Shown piece after piece: positions 53,324 to 63,069 of a DNA stretch of 64,000 bases (positions are counted from its first letter, which is position 1; every line of letters begins with the position of its first letter). The stretch is from assembly GCA_019454125.1 (NCBI GenBank), contig CP075365.1, positions 488,218 through 552,217 on the forward strand, given 5' to 3'. A model generated the notes under the pieces. That model saw nothing but the letters and a program-made list of their open reading frames with translations, was not told the DNA's origin and did not search any database. The stretch comes from Fimbriimonadaceae bacterium. GTDB taxonomy: Bacteria > Armatimonadota > Fimbriimonadia > Fimbriimonadales > Fimbriimonadaceae. A program made the translations under genes and the position numbers.

Positions 53324-54253
53324 ATGAGAAAAGTCGTTGTTTTGGTCACGACCCTGCTGTTCGTGCTCTTGTCCGTCGCGACGCAGGCCCAGACCCAATC
53401 TGGCACCTACCGCTTGCGGATCGAGGACGTCCTGCGCATCCAGGTCTTCGACGAGAACCAGATCCTCGCCGAAGTCTCGGTGACGCCGGACGGCAACATC
53501 ACGGCCCCGTTCGTGGGCCCGCTGCGGGCTGAAGGGAAGACCACGGTCGAGCTCGAGCAAGACCTTCACGACCTTTACGAAGCCAAGTTGAGGTTGCGCA
53601 ACCCGATCGTCTCGGTCGTGCTGTTGCGGGTCCGACCCGTCTTGGTCGCGATCAGCGGTGCCGTCGAGCGGCCGAACATGTACCAGGTTCGACCGGGCGA
53701 CCGCGTCCTGCAAGTCTTGACCCAGGCCGGGGCGATCCCCAACACGGCCGACCTTCGACGCGCGCGGTATCGCAAAAAGAACTGGACCGAGTGGGTGCCG
53801 CTCGACCTCCGCTCGCTCCTCTTCGAGGGCAGTTCCGCCCAGAACTATGTGGTCGACGACGGTGACGAGATCTACGTCCCCCTCCAGGAGAACTCCTTCA
53901 TCGGGATGTTCGGCGAGGTGCGGACCCCCGGGCCCGTCGCCTACATCGAGGGGATGACCGTGATGCGCGCCATCATCCTGGCCAATGGCGAGATCCCGAA
54001 CCGCAGCAAGCTCAGCGGCACCATGATCCTGCGCCGCAAGCCGGGTACCACGAACGAGTTCATCCGCATCAACTGCAACCTCGTCGCCTTCGTCCGAAAG
54101 GGCGACGTGAACCAGGACGTCGTTCTCCAGCCGGGAGACATCGTCTATGTCCCGAACAACGGCAACCCGAACTTCGAGCTCCTAAGCGCTCTTTCGAACG
54201 CCGTCTTCATCCTCGAGCGCTTCGGCCTCGACCTCTTCGGAACGCGCCCGTAA
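53324..54253 (+). CDS. polysaccharide export protein (Wza-like; Poly_export + SLBB domains)
   Basis: 309 aa. Signal peptide, YRLRIEDVLRIQVF...VSVTPDGNITAPFVGPLRAEGKT (Poly_export motif), then two SLBB-like repeats (VRPGDRV.. / LQPGDIVYVP). Confidence 0.8.
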   Translation: MRKVVVLVTTLLFVLLSVATQAQTQSGTYRLRIEDVLRIQVFDENQILAEVSVTPDGNITAPFVGPLRAEGKTTVELEQDLHDLYEAKLRLRNPIVSVVLLRVRPVLVAISGAVERPNMYQVRPGDRVLQVLTQAGAIPNTADLRRARYRKKNWTEWVPLDLRSLLFEGSSAQNYVVDDGDEIYVPLQENSFIGMFGEVRTPGPVAYIEGMTVMRAIILANGEIPNRSKLSGTMILRRKPGTTNEFIRINCNLVAFVRKGDVNQDVVLQPGDIVYVPNNGNPNFELLSALSNAVFILERFGLDLFGTRP

Positions 54254-54260
54254 GGCGCCC

Positions 54261-54698
54261 TTAGGCGGGAAGTGGCTTACCGGCCACTTCCCACTCCGAG
54301 TGGATCTCTGTCGCCCTGCGCAGGGTGGCCGCGACCGAGCAGTACTTCTCCTCGCTGAGTTCGATGGCACGCTGGACGGCGCCGGGATCGATGTCCTCGC
54401 CTTCGATGATGTGGCGGACGGTCATCTTTGTGAAGGGGCGGGGGTACTCGCCTTCTGCGGTCCTTTCGCCGTGGATCTCCAAGCGGTAGCCGGTGACGGA
54501 CTGGCGCTTCTTCATTAGGATCGAGATCACGTCCATACCCGTGCAGGCCGCGACCGAGGCCAGGACGGTCTCCATCGGGGTCGGGCCGTGGCTGGCTACG
54601 CCCTCATCGGGATAGGTGTCGAAAAGAATGTGGTTGCCCGTAGGAACGTGGGCCTCGAACCGAAGATCGCCCTTCCAATCCAGCTTGATGTCCATCAC
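54261..54698 (-). CDS. OsmC-family peroxiredoxin-like protein
   Basis: 145 aa. GPTPMETVLASVAACTGMDV and SEEKYCSVAATL are the two conserved Cys contexts of OsmC/Ohr. Confidence 0.88.
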   Translation of the reverse strand: MMDIKLDWKGDLRFEAHVPTGNHILFDTYPDEGVASHGPTPMETVLASVAACTGMDVISILMKKRQSVTGYRLEIHGERTAEGEYPRPFTKMTVRHIIEGEDIDPGAVQRAIELSEEKYCSVAATLRRATEIHSEWEVAGKPLPA

Positions 54699-54811
54699 CT
54701 TTCTAAAGGTGGTCTTTCTTTAAAAAGATTCACACGTCCTGGGAACTCCGTAGAAATCCCTATGGCTGGCTAATCGATTAGTGGCACGAGGCTTCTGGAC
54801 TGGAGGCCCAC

Positions 54812-55444
54812 ATGCGTGCGCACACTCATACTTTCGCCTTGGCGTCATTGGCCTGCTTGGCCGGGACGGCCTATGCCGGACCGACCGGCCTGGTGACGAT
54901 CCCGATCGCCGACATCCTGCGCCACCGCGAATTGGCGCTCGCTTATCAGGTCTCCGGGAACGAGAAGAACGTCGACCCGAAGACCTCCCATTCGAACGGC
55001 GCGGAGCTCGGCCTCTTCGACCGGCTCGAAATCGGCTACGACAACGACTTCGAGGGCACGTCGGTTGCGAACGCGAAGGTCTTGCTCTACGAGACCCCCA
55101 AGACGGGCGACTTGGCCGTGAGTTATGGTTGGATGAACTGGAGCGGCGAGAGCTACGACCAGTACCTGGCCGTCCGCAAAGATTTCGCCCAGTTTCGGCT
55201 TCACGCGGGGTGGTTCCAAGACGACCGGAACCGACTGATGCTCGGCATCGATACCCCGCTCAACAGCAACGTGACGCTGATGGCGGACTTCACAAGGGGC
55301 CCGGGCAGTGGCACCTGGGTGGGGGTCGCCGGAGGTGTCCCCGGCGTCGACGGCCTCAACTGGATGGTCGGCTTCGGCTTGCCGATCGAGAAGAGCGACG
55401 GTCTTCGGCACACAGCCATGGTCGGCTACAACGTCCGCTTCTAG
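54812..55444 (+). CDS. outer-membrane beta-barrel protein
   Basis: 210 aa. Signal peptide ...LAGTAYA|GP, amphipathic beta strands and a terminal ...MVGYNVRF. Confidence 0.55.
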   Translation: MRAHTHTFALASLACLAGTAYAGPTGLVTIPIADILRHRELALAYQVSGNEKNVDPKTSHSNGAELGLFDRLEIGYDNDFEGTSVANAKVLLYETPKTGDLAVSYGWMNWSGESYDQYLAVRKDFAQFRLHAGWFQDDRNRLMLGIDTPLNSNVTLMADFTRGPGSGTWVGVAGGVPGVDGLNWMVGFGLPIEKSDGLRHTAMVGYNVRF

Positions 55445-55731
55445 TCGCGGACGTCGTCCAAGCCCACGTAGAGGACGCCGTTCTTGGGCATGCCCTTCAG
55501 CTGGATGCGGTCGCCGGGCTTGGGCAGCTTCGGCGCCTTCGCAAAGCGGGTGTGGTAGGCGCCCCGCACGACGATCTTGACGGGGCCGTTCGGCCCTTCG
55601 CCCCGCATCTCCGTCGTCACTCTAAAGCCGAGCCGGGCGGCGTTGACCCTGTGCTCAGTCACCTGCTCGATCCGGTATTCAGTCTGGGCGCAGGCGGGGT
55701 GCATCGCGATCAACAAGGAGATTGGCAGCAC
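55441..55731 (-). CDS. small secreted hypothetical protein
   Basis: 96 aa with the signal-like N-terminus MLPISLLIAMHPACAQ. It converges on the OMP gene with a 4-nt overlap. Confidence 0.4.
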   Translation of the reverse strand: MLPISLLIAMHPACAQTEYRIEQVTEHRVNAARLGFRVTTEMRGEGPNGPVKIVVRGAYHTRFAKAPKLPKPGDRIQLKGMPKNGVLYVGLDDVRD

Positions 55732-55828
55732 ATCCCGGAATTACGGCAAGAGCCGTGCCATTGTGTCCGACTCCTTAAAGTGCCGATAAAAAAAACGGGC
55801 CCGCATCCAGGGAACCGTAAGGCTGAAC

Positions 55829-57748
55829 ATGTCACTCCGAAAGCGCATTCTTTTCTTGGCCGGTCTGGCCGTCTTTGCCACTCTGGCGGTCGCCGGCTTC
55901 GGTGCCAAGGGCCTTGCCGATATGCTCCAAGCGATCCGCGGGCTTGAAACCCAGTCCAAAGCTCTACGGGCGAACCTGGAAGGCGACATGATGCACGACG
56001 CCCTCAACACGGACGTCATGCAAGCGCTCTACCACGCCAGCCAAGGCGGGCTCGGGGAGAAGGCGGCGAGCGTTAAGAGCGTGACGGAGCACGCGGACTG
56101 GTTCTTGAAGAGCATCGAGGACGCCGACAAGCTCGATTTGCCCGCCGCGTCCGAGGCGGCCCTCGCCGAGGCGCAACCTGCGCTGCAAGCCTATATCAAA
56201 GAGGCAAAGCTGCTGGTTCCGCTCGCCTACGACGACTATAAGGCGGCCCAGGCCAGGCTGCCCGGCTTCCAGGCCAAGTTCGACGCCCTGGAGGAGAAGC
56301 TCGAATCCGTCAGCGATAAGATCAGTGCGGACTATGAGGAAGCAGCCGCGGCCGGGCCCCGAGTCGCCAGCTCGGCCCAAGCCGTGATGGCCATCGTCTG
56401 GATCGTCTGCTCCATCTTCAGTTTTGCCGTCACAATCGCGCTGGGTCGCAAACTCTCCAGCGATGTGGAGCGGATCTTGGCCGCCGCCCAAGATCTGCAG
56501 GCCTATGGCATCCGCAGCATCCGCGAGGCCATCCAGGGCCTCGCCCAAGGACGGCTCACCGTTCCCGTGCAGACCAGCCCTACCCGAGCCGCGATCGTCT
56601 CCCAGGGCGAGATGGGCATGCTCGGCCAGACCTTTGACCGTACTGCGGACGAGGTTGAGGAGACGGCTCGGGCGCTCCGGGCCAGCCAGGAGTCGCTCCG
56701 CAGCATCATCGAGCAGATCGCGACGGTCTCCGGCCGGCTCCAAGCCAGCAGCCAGACCCTCGCCGCCGCCGCGTCCGAGACCAGTGCGAGCGTCGAGAGC
56801 ACTGCGAACGACTGCAACCGCCTGGCCCAGCAAACCGACGGCGCCCGCGTCGACATGGGCGCATTCCGGGGCGATATCGAAGCTGTCGGCGAGCTCGCCC
56901 GCAGCCAGACCGAGGCTCTCGCCTCGGTCACGAGCTCGATCTCCAAGACCTTGGCCGCCCTGGGCGAGATTGAGTCGTCCGCCTCGGAGACGGCCACGGC
57001 AGCCAATACCGGGGCCCGCGCAGTGGACGAGACGATCGACGCGATGGGCCGCATCTCGGGCCAGAACCAGAGGGCGGTGGAACTCGTCCGGATGCTGGAT
57101 TCCATGGGCCAAGAGATCGGCGAGATCGTCAGCACGATCGGAGGTTTGGCCGAGCAGACAAACCTGCTCGCTCTGAACGCGGCCATCGAGGCGGCCCGTG
57201 CCGGGGAGCACGGGCGGGGCTTTGCCGTCGTCGCGGACGAAGTCCGCAAGCTTGCCGAACAGTCGGCAATCGCCACCAAGGACATCGGCGAGCTCATCGG
57301 GAAAGTCCGCGGCACCGTCGGACAGGCCGTCGCCGCGATCGACGCCACGAGTGAAGAGGTGAAGCAAGGAGCGGAGCGCTCCCGGTCCACGGGCAGTGCC
57401 CTCGGCTCGATCTTGGGAGCGTCACAGTCTGTGCTCGAGCAGGCCAAAGTCGCCACGACGAGCGCTGCCGCGAACCAGTCCGAGGCTGACTCCGTTCGGA
57501 CCCTCGCCGAACGTGGCGCGAAATCCGCCCAGGCCATGGCGAACAAGGCGGACGGCATCGACGAGACGATCGGCAATGTCGCCCGGGTCATGGAGCAGAC
57601 GGCCGCCTCGACCGAGCAGATCACCGCTTCCACCCAAGAGGTCGCCGCATCCTCCCAAGACCTCAACGACCTTGCTGAGAACCTGAGAAGCACGGTCGAG
57701 CAGTTCGACCTGGGAAGCGGGCCGGCCAACCTGCGTATCGCGGCCTAG
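55829..57748 (+). CDS. methyl-accepting chemotaxis protein
   Basis: 639 aa with two TM segments, HAMP and the highly conserved signalling hairpin [41 protein letters not shown]. Confidence 0.92.
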   Translation: MSLRKRILFLAGLAVFATLAVAGFGAKGLADMLQAIRGLETQSKALRANLEGDMMHDALNTDVMQALYHASQGGLGEKAASVKSVTEHADWFLKSIEDADKLDLPAASEAALAEAQPALQAYIKEAKLLVPLAYDDYKAAQARLPGFQAKFDALEEKLESVSDKISADYEEAAAAGPRVASSAQAVMAIVWIVCSIFSFAVTIALGRKLSSDVERILAAAQDLQAYGIRSIREAIQGLAQGRLTVPVQTSPTRAAIVSQGEMGMLGQTFDRTADEVEETARALRASQESLRSIIEQIATVSGRLQASSQTLAAAASETSASVESTANDCNRLAQQTDGARVDMGAFRGDIEAVGELARSQTEALASVTSSISKTLAALGEIESSASETATAANTGARAVDETIDAMGRISGQNQRAVELVRMLDSMGQEIGEIVSTIGGLAEQTNLLALNAAIEAARAGEHGRGFAVVADEVRKLAEQSAIATKDIGELIGKVRGTVGQAVAAIDATSEEVKQGAERSRSTGSALGSILGASQSVLEQAKVATTSAAANQSEADSVRTLAERGAKSAQAMANKADGIDETIGNVARVMEQTAASTEQITASTQEVAASSQDLNDLAENLRSTVEQFDLGSGPANLRIAA

Positions 57749-57781
57749 AGCGGGGACCGGGTACACCAGTGAGCCCGGCGG

Positions 57782-57875
57782 GGGAGCGCATGGGTGCCGG
57801 TGTGCCCCGCGGTCTTCAAAACCGTTGTGGCGTCTTTGGGCGCCGGGTGGGTTCGACTCCCACACGCTCCCGCCA
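57782..57875 (+). tRNA. selC: tRNA-Sec (anticodon UCA), CCA encoded
   Basis: Folded by hand. Acceptor arm GGGAGCGC/ACGCUCCC: 8 positions, 7 pairs plus a terminal C:A mismatch. 6-bp D stem GGGUGC/GUGCCC with the 4-nt loop CGGU. Anticodon stem GCGGU/ACCGU with loop CUUCAAA, giving anticodon UCA. 21-nt variable arm with a 6-bp stem. T arm GUGGG-UUCGACU-CCCAC, discriminator G, CCA. The layout parallels E. coli selC as I recall it. Confidence 0.85.
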
Positions 57876-57907
57876 TCCCTGTCGTTCACTCTCTTTAGGA
57901 GTGGACC

Positions 57908-58135
57908 ATGCCCTACGACAGCATCAAAGACCTTCCTGACGGCGTCCAAGACAACCTGCCACGCCATGCGCAGGAGATTTACAAAGAAGCGTTCAACAGC
58001 GCTTGGGACGAATATGCCGACCCTGACAAACGCCGCGGGGACGATTCTCACGAGGCAGTGGCGCACAAGGTCGCCTGGTCGGCCGTGGAAAAGAAGTACG
58101 AGAAGCGCGACGGCAAATGGGTCGCGAAGGAGTAA
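57908..58135 (+). CDS. chaB: ChaB-family protein
   Basis: 75 aa. MPYDSIKDLPDGVQDNLPRHAQEIYKEAFNSAWDEY is the typical ChaB N-terminal signature. Confidence 0.8.
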   Translation: MPYDSIKDLPDGVQDNLPRHAQEIYKEAFNSAWDEYADPDKRRGDDSHEAVAHKVAWSAVEKKYEKRDGKWVAKE

Positions 58136-58138
58136 GCG

Positions 58139-58531
58139 CTATTCCAGGTTGTAGGCCAAGGGGTGGCGCGGCTCGTAAAGCTGGATGTCGTCTGCGCCTG
58201 GAACCGCCATCATCGCGACAAGGCCGTACCCGTGGTCTTCCACTGGTCCCCTGAACTCCGCGCCCTTGGCGCTGAGTTCGTCGACCGTCATGCTGATGTC
58301 GTCGCACATCAGGACGATCGAGTGGTGCCTCGGGGAGGTGTAGACCTCTCCCTTCCACTCGCTCCTGGTCGGGTGCACCCCCATTTCGCTTGGGCCGCTC
58401 TTGAAGATGAGCCAGCCAGGCTCGGACCCCTTGTCCTCGACGTAGGGCCAGCCGAGCACGTCGCGCAGGAAGGCGCGCGTCGCGACGGGGTCGTCCGAGT
58501 AAATCATTGTGTGCAGACCGGTCACCACCAA
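58139..58531 (-). CDS. VOC-family (glyoxalase/bleomycin-resistance/dioxygenase fold) protein
   Basis: 130 aa with the pattern of paired beta-alpha-beta-beta-beta modules (MIYSDDPVATRAFLRDVLGW..., ...GYGLVAMMAVPGADDIQLYEP). Confidence 0.8.
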   Translation of the reverse strand: MVVTGLHTMIYSDDPVATRAFLRDVLGWPYVEDKGSEPGWLIFKSGPSEMGVHPTRSEWKGEVYTSPRHHSIVLMCDDISMTVDELSAKGAEFRGPVEDHGYGLVAMMAVPGADDIQLYEPRHPLAYNLE

Positions 58532-58596
58532 CGGCGACTATACCGACCCCTTGCTGCCGCAAGGCCCCCTTGTTGCGAGTATCGTAATTCCTTACT

Positions 58597-60960
58597 GTGG
58601 CCGACCACACCGACCAGGAGCGAGAGCCCGGCGACCCGCTAACCGAATACCGTCAAAAACGCAGCTTCGACGTGACGTCGGAGCCCGCGGGCACGGTGGC
58701 CCAGGGCCAGGGCAACCTCTACGTCGTGCAAGAGCACCATGCCCGGCGGCTGCACTGGGATTTGCGGCTTGAGTACAAGGGGGTGCTGCTGAGTTGGGCG
58801 GTGCCGAAAGGGCCGCCGGAGCGCCACGGCCTCCGCCGTCTCGCGGTGAAGGTGGAGGACCACCCGCTGGAGTACGCGACCTTCGTCGGAGAAATCCCGA
58901 AGGGCAACTATGGCGCGGGCCACGTCCACCGCTGGGACATGGGCACTTGGCGGCCGATCGGCGAGGACGAAGTCGAGACCCAGCTCCGCGCCGGCAAGCT
59001 CGAGTTCGTCATCGAAGGCGAACGGATGAAGGGCGACTTCGTCCTGGTGCTCACCGACAAGGAAAAGGACGAGTGGCTTTGGATGAAGATGAAAACGAAG
59101 TCTCATAAGGAGACGCCGAAGCCCAAGCCCGTCGAGCCCCCACCGCCGAGCCCCGTCCTGACCGGCCCGAAGCAGCGCATACCGGACGAGCTCGAACCGA
59201 TGCTTTGCACCCGCGTCGACCAGGTGCCTAGCGCCGAGGGCTGGGTCCACGAGATCAAGTGGGACGGCTACCGCGTGCTCGCCTTTGTGAAGGAATGGGG
59301 CGTCGAATTCAAGACGCGCAACGGCCTCCCCATCTATTTTTCCAAGCTCGCGAACTTGATGGCCCGGGTGCTCCCGCCGGATTCGATCATCGACGGCGAG
59401 GTCGTGGTCTTCGACGAGAAGGGCGTGAGCCGCTTTCCCTTGCTCCAGCGGGCCCTCGCAGAAAAGAAGACGGACCCGGCCTGCTTCATCGCCTTCGACC
59501 TGCCGTTCGCCCAGGGCGTGGACATCCGCCAAAAGCCGCTTGTCGAACGCAAGGCCTTGCTCCAAGAGTGGCTTGCCGTCAACCAAGACCCGAAGCTTCG
59601 CTATTCCGCCCACCACGCCGGAGATGGGAGGCCCCTCTTCAGCCGGGCCTGCGAGATCGGCCTTGAAGGCATTATCAGCAAAAAGGGCGAGAGCGCCTAT
59701 CGCTCGGTGCGGAGCCCCGAATGGGTGAAGGTCCGTTGCGAGAAGAAGATCGAGGTTTGGGTCGGCGGCTTCATGCTGATGGCGAACTCGACCGATATGG
59801 TGGGCAGCATCCTGGTCGGGACGCGTGGCGCCGACGGCCGCTTGCAGTACCTGGGGAAGGTGGGCTCCGGCTTCTCAGAGGCGCTGCGGCGCAAGCTGTT
59901 CAAGGAATTCCGGCGGCGCGAGCGGCCCCCTTTCGACCCCGAGCCCGGGTCGATGGAGTCCAAGGACGCGGTTTGGGTCGAGACCACCCACCTCGCCCAG
60001 GTCCAGTTTTTGGACTGGTCCGGCGAGGGGCTCCTGCGCCAGGCGAAGTTGGTCGGGATCGAACGATCCCAGACCCACCGGCTACAGCTGCCGTCAAACC
60101 CAATAGTGAAGATCTCAAACCCCGATCGGATTATTGATCCCTCCAGCGGCCACACGAAGGGCGAGGTCGCGGCCTATTACCAGGCGGTCGCAAAGCAGAT
60201 GCTTCGCTTCGTGGGGAACCGCCCGATCTCGATGGTCCGCGCGCCGGAAGGGATCACCGAGGCCACGTTCTTCCAGAAGCACCGGATGGCCGGCCTACCG
60301 GACTCGGTCCATAGCGTGACCGTCAAGGAGTCCGATGAGAAGGAGGAGCCCTATGTCTATGTGGACTCCGCAGAAGGGCTCTTAGCGCTGGTGCAGATGG
60401 GCGTCTTGGAGTTCCACTCGTGGGGTTCGCAGGCCGACGACCTGGAGCGTCCGGACGTGCTCGTCTTCGACCTCGACCCGGGTGACGACGTCGAGTGGCG
60501 GCGCGTGGTCGAGGCCGCCCACCACGTTCGCGGTGCGTTGCAAGCCCTCGGGTTTGAACCGCTCACGAAAGTCACAGGCGGAAAGGGCATCCACCTTGTC
60601 GTCCCTGTCGATCCGAGCCTGGAGTGGCCCGAGGCGAAAGCGTTCTGCGAAAACTTCGCCAAGAACCTTTCCGCTCGCGATCCAAAGCGGTACCTGGCAA
60701 AACTTTCGAAAGCGGCCAGGCAGGGCCGGATCCTCATCGACTATCTGCGGAACGGCCGGGGTGCGACGGCGGTGGCCCCTTACAGCCTTCGCGCCCGGCC
60801 GAACCTGCCCGTGGCCCTCCCGGTGGATTGGGACGAGTTGGGCGTGCTTGGGCCTGGCGCGATCACGCCTAGCGAGGCGGTGCGAAGGGTGGAAGAGGCC
60901 GACGACCCATGGGCCGACTACGAAAAGTGCCGCCGGCCCTGGCCAGCAAACCTGCCTTAG
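58597..60960 (+). CDS. ligD: multidomain DNA ligase D (3'-phosphoesterase + ATP-dependent ligase + polymerase/primase)
   Basis: 787 aa with a GTG start. PE domain (YVVQEHHARRLHWDLRLE), ligase adenylation motif EIKWDGYR and Pol/primase domain (LVFDLDPG..., KVTGGKGIHLVVP). Confidence 0.93.
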   Translation: MADHTDQEREPGDPLTEYRQKRSFDVTSEPAGTVAQGQGNLYVVQEHHARRLHWDLRLEYKGVLLSWAVPKGPPERHGLRRLAVKVEDHPLEYATFVGEIPKGNYGAGHVHRWDMGTWRPIGEDEVETQLRAGKLEFVIEGERMKGDFVLVLTDKEKDEWLWMKMKTKSHKETPKPKPVEPPPPSPVLTGPKQRIPDELEPMLCTRVDQVPSAEGWVHEIKWDGYRVLAFVKEWGVEFKTRNGLPIYFSKLANLMARVLPPDSIIDGEVVVFDEKGVSRFPLLQRALAEKKTDPACFIAFDLPFAQGVDIRQKPLVERKALLQEWLAVNQDPKLRYSAHHAGDGRPLFSRACEIGLEGIISKKGESAYRSVRSPEWVKVRCEKKIEVWVGGFMLMANSTDMVGSILVGTRGADGRLQYLGKVGSGFSEALRRKLFKEFRRRERPPFDPEPGSMESKDAVWVETTHLAQVQFLDWSGEGLLRQAKLVGIERSQTHRLQLPSNPIVKISNPDRIIDPSSGHTKGEVAAYYQAVAKQMLRFVGNRPISMVRAPEGITEATFFQKHRMAGLPDSVHSVTVKESDEKEEPYVYVDSAEGLLALVQMGVLEFHSWGSQADDLERPDVLVFDLDPGDDVEWRRVVEAAHHVRGALQALGFEPLTKVTGGKGIHLVVPVDPSLEWPEAKAFCENFAKNLSARDPKRYLAKLSKAARQGRILIDYLRNGRGATAVAPYSLRARPNLPVALPVDWDELGVLGPGAITPSEAVRRVEEADDPWADYEKCRRPWPANLP

Positions 60961-61823
60961 TCACCGGACGCTTCCTTGCTCTTGACGCTTTCCGTGAGGA
61001 GCGAGGCGAGATCGATGACGTTTGCCGCTTCGGGCAGCGCGGTGGCTTCGTCCGCCGAGACTTTCGGGGTCAAGCCTCCGGACTTAACTTTTTCATCGAC
61101 CCAGTTCATTAAGGCCTCGCGATATTGATCCTTATACTGGCCCGGGCTCCAGTCAACGACCATCGCCTCGACCAGTTGTTCCGCAAGCAGCATTTCGCGT
61201 TCGGAAATGTTGTAAGCCTCAGGTTCTTGGTCGGGGAGGTTGTAGTTCTTAAGGCTGCGCATTTCTGACGCGTAGCGCATAAGCATGACGACCAGGCCAG
61301 GGCCGCGCGGAAGGAGCGCGGCGAGGTATTCCCGAGTTCGGATGGCCACCTTTGCGATGCCGATCCGCCCCGTCCTTTCCATGACCTCGCGCAAGAGGAC
61401 GTAACCTTTCTCCGTCTTCTTCTTTGGGACCAGGATATACGGCTTTTCGTAGAACATCTCATCCACTTGGTCACGGTTCACGAAGGCCTGGACTTCAATC
61501 TGCTTAAGCGACTCGACCTGCAAACCTTTTAGTTCCTCGTTGCTGATAACGATCAAGTTTTCGTCGCTATACTCATAGGCGCGGACGATTTGGTCCCAGG
61601 GCACTTCTTCCCCCGTGACTTGGTTGACGCGCTGGTACTTGACGCCTGCATTGTTGCGGCTGTCCAAGAGCTTAAAGTGGATCTCGTCTCGCTGCTCTAA
61701 GCTGTAAAGCGAGACCGGGACATTGACCAGGCCGAACGAGATGCTGCCCGTCCAAATCGGACGGCCCGTCGACTCTGAACCGTAGCCTTCTTCGTTCTCG
61801 TCGTTGGAAGTTTTCCTGGCCAT
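60957..61823 (-). CDS. ku: Ku protein (NHEJ DNA-end binding)
   Basis: 288 aa. RPIWTGSISFGLVNVPVSLYS is the hallmark bacterial Ku N-terminus. It converges on ligD with a 4-nt overlap (TTAG). Confidence 0.93.
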   Translation of the reverse strand: MARKTSNDENEEGYGSESTGRPIWTGSISFGLVNVPVSLYSLEQRDEIHFKLLDSRNNAGVKYQRVNQVTGEEVPWDQIVRAYEYSDENLIVISNEELKGLQVESLKQIEVQAFVNRDQVDEMFYEKPYILVPKKKTEKGYVLLREVMERTGRIGIAKVAIRTREYLAALLPRGPGLVVMLMRYASEMRSLKNYNLPDQEPEAYNISEREMLLAEQLVEAMVVDWSPGQYKDQYREALMNWVDEKVKSGGLTPKVSADEATALPEAANVIDLASLLTESVKSKEASGD

Positions 61824-61880
61824 AAGCTCCTAGCTTGAAAGATTCTCAGTTCACCCTGCGGTCCTCCGACCCACGTCCCT

Positions 61881-62990
61881 TCACTTGGATGCGGCGGCAC
61901 CGGGCTGGGTTTCGGGATCCAGGGCTTCGATAAGTCGAGGTGCGTCCAGGGTCCGGGTCGGGTAGGGGATCACGATACCGTTCTCTCTGAAGGCCTGGTG
62001 GATGGACTTAAGAAGGTCCGATTTCGCCCGGTACTGCCGCTCTGCCGAAGGGACGGAGATGAAGACTTTGACATTTATACAACTGTCGTCAAACTCCTGC
62101 CACAGGGCGAACGGATCGTTCAGCTTTTCGCCCTGTGCGTGGCGCTCCTGGACCTCGCGAGCGATGCCGACGCAGAGGTCCTCCACCTCCTGCAGGCTTG
62201 ATCCATAGCCCACTCCGACGACAAGATTCACGACGATCGGAGGTAAAGGTCGGTTAAGGTTCAAGAGCTTTTCCTTTGACATTTGCGCGTTGGGGACGAC
62301 GAGGAGGGAGTTGTCCAGCCGACGGATGAGGGTCGAGCGCCAGCCGATGCTCCTCACGTAACCTTCTGTGCCGTCCGTGAAGCGGACGAGGTCGCCTACC
62401 CTGACGGCACCGTCCAGCGAGAAGAGGATCCCGGCAAAGACGTTCGCCAAGCTCTCCTGAAGCGCGAGGCCGATGATGACGCCTCCGATCGCGCCGCCTG
62501 CGAGGAGAGGCGCCGTATCGATCCCCAAAATACGCAGACCAAAGAGGGCGCCGAAGACGGCCACTCCGCCGACCCCTAGCTTTTTCAAGAGGTTTCGGCG
62601 GTGCAGATGGCTGGTGTCGCCAGTGCCTGCCTCGCTGCGCAACATGGCTTCGATGAAGCGGATAGCGGCGACCACCGCCACGACAAGCCAGGTGACGGAG
62701 AGGAGGCGGGTGATCCAGACGACGTAGACCGGGTTTTCTTGTAAGAAGGAGAGGCGGCTTGCGCCCAGCGAGAGCGCCTTGATGACGACCGCCCAGAAGA
62801 GCAAGGAGGCGAGCGGCTTGCGGGAGGCCCGCGCCCAATTTCGCTCCTTCACGCCCGGCCGCGTCAGGAGCCATGACACAAGCCTCCAAAGGATTAGGCC
62901 GAGCACGAGGCCCGCTCCTAGCACAACCCCAGCCTCGATATACTCGTACGCGCCAGGCTTTTCAGGCGCAGTAAGCTCGATTTCTTCCAT
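61881..62990 (-). CDS. mechanosensitive ion channel, MscS family
   Basis: 369 aa with N-terminal TM helices and the MscS pore/beta-domain signature GGVIIGLALQESLANVFAGILFSLDGAVRVGDLVRF...VPN. Confidence 0.85.
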   Translation of the reverse strand: MEEIELTAPEKPGAYEYIEAGVVLGAGLVLGLILWRLVSWLLTRPGVKERNWARASRKPLASLLFWAVVIKALSLGASRLSFLQENPVYVVWITRLLSVTWLVVAVVAAIRFIEAMLRSEAGTGDTSHLHRRNLLKKLGVGGVAVFGALFGLRILGIDTAPLLAGGAIGGVIIGLALQESLANVFAGILFSLDGAVRVGDLVRFTDGTEGYVRSIGWRSTLIRRLDNSLLVVPNAQMSKEKLLNLNRPLPPIVVNLVVGVGYGSSLQEVEDLCVGIAREVQERHAQGEKLNDPFALWQEFDDSCINVKVFISVPSAERQYRAKSDLLKSIHQAFRENGIVIPYPTRTLDAPRLIEALDPETQPGAAASK

Positions 62991-63069
62991 GAGGGCCGGC
63001 CCAACTTAGGTAAACGACCTTCCGGGAGCACGACTGGTCCGGACGACTCTGCGGGCTAGAATCTGGGCG

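Noticed and set aside
57876-62990. A genomic island integrated at tRNA-Sec (chaB, VOC, ligD, ku, MscS downstream of the tRNA).
   Set aside because: I found no integrase or recombinase, no mobile-element genes and no direct repeat of the tRNA 3' end in the downstream intergenic gaps. Composition looks similar to the flanks by eye.
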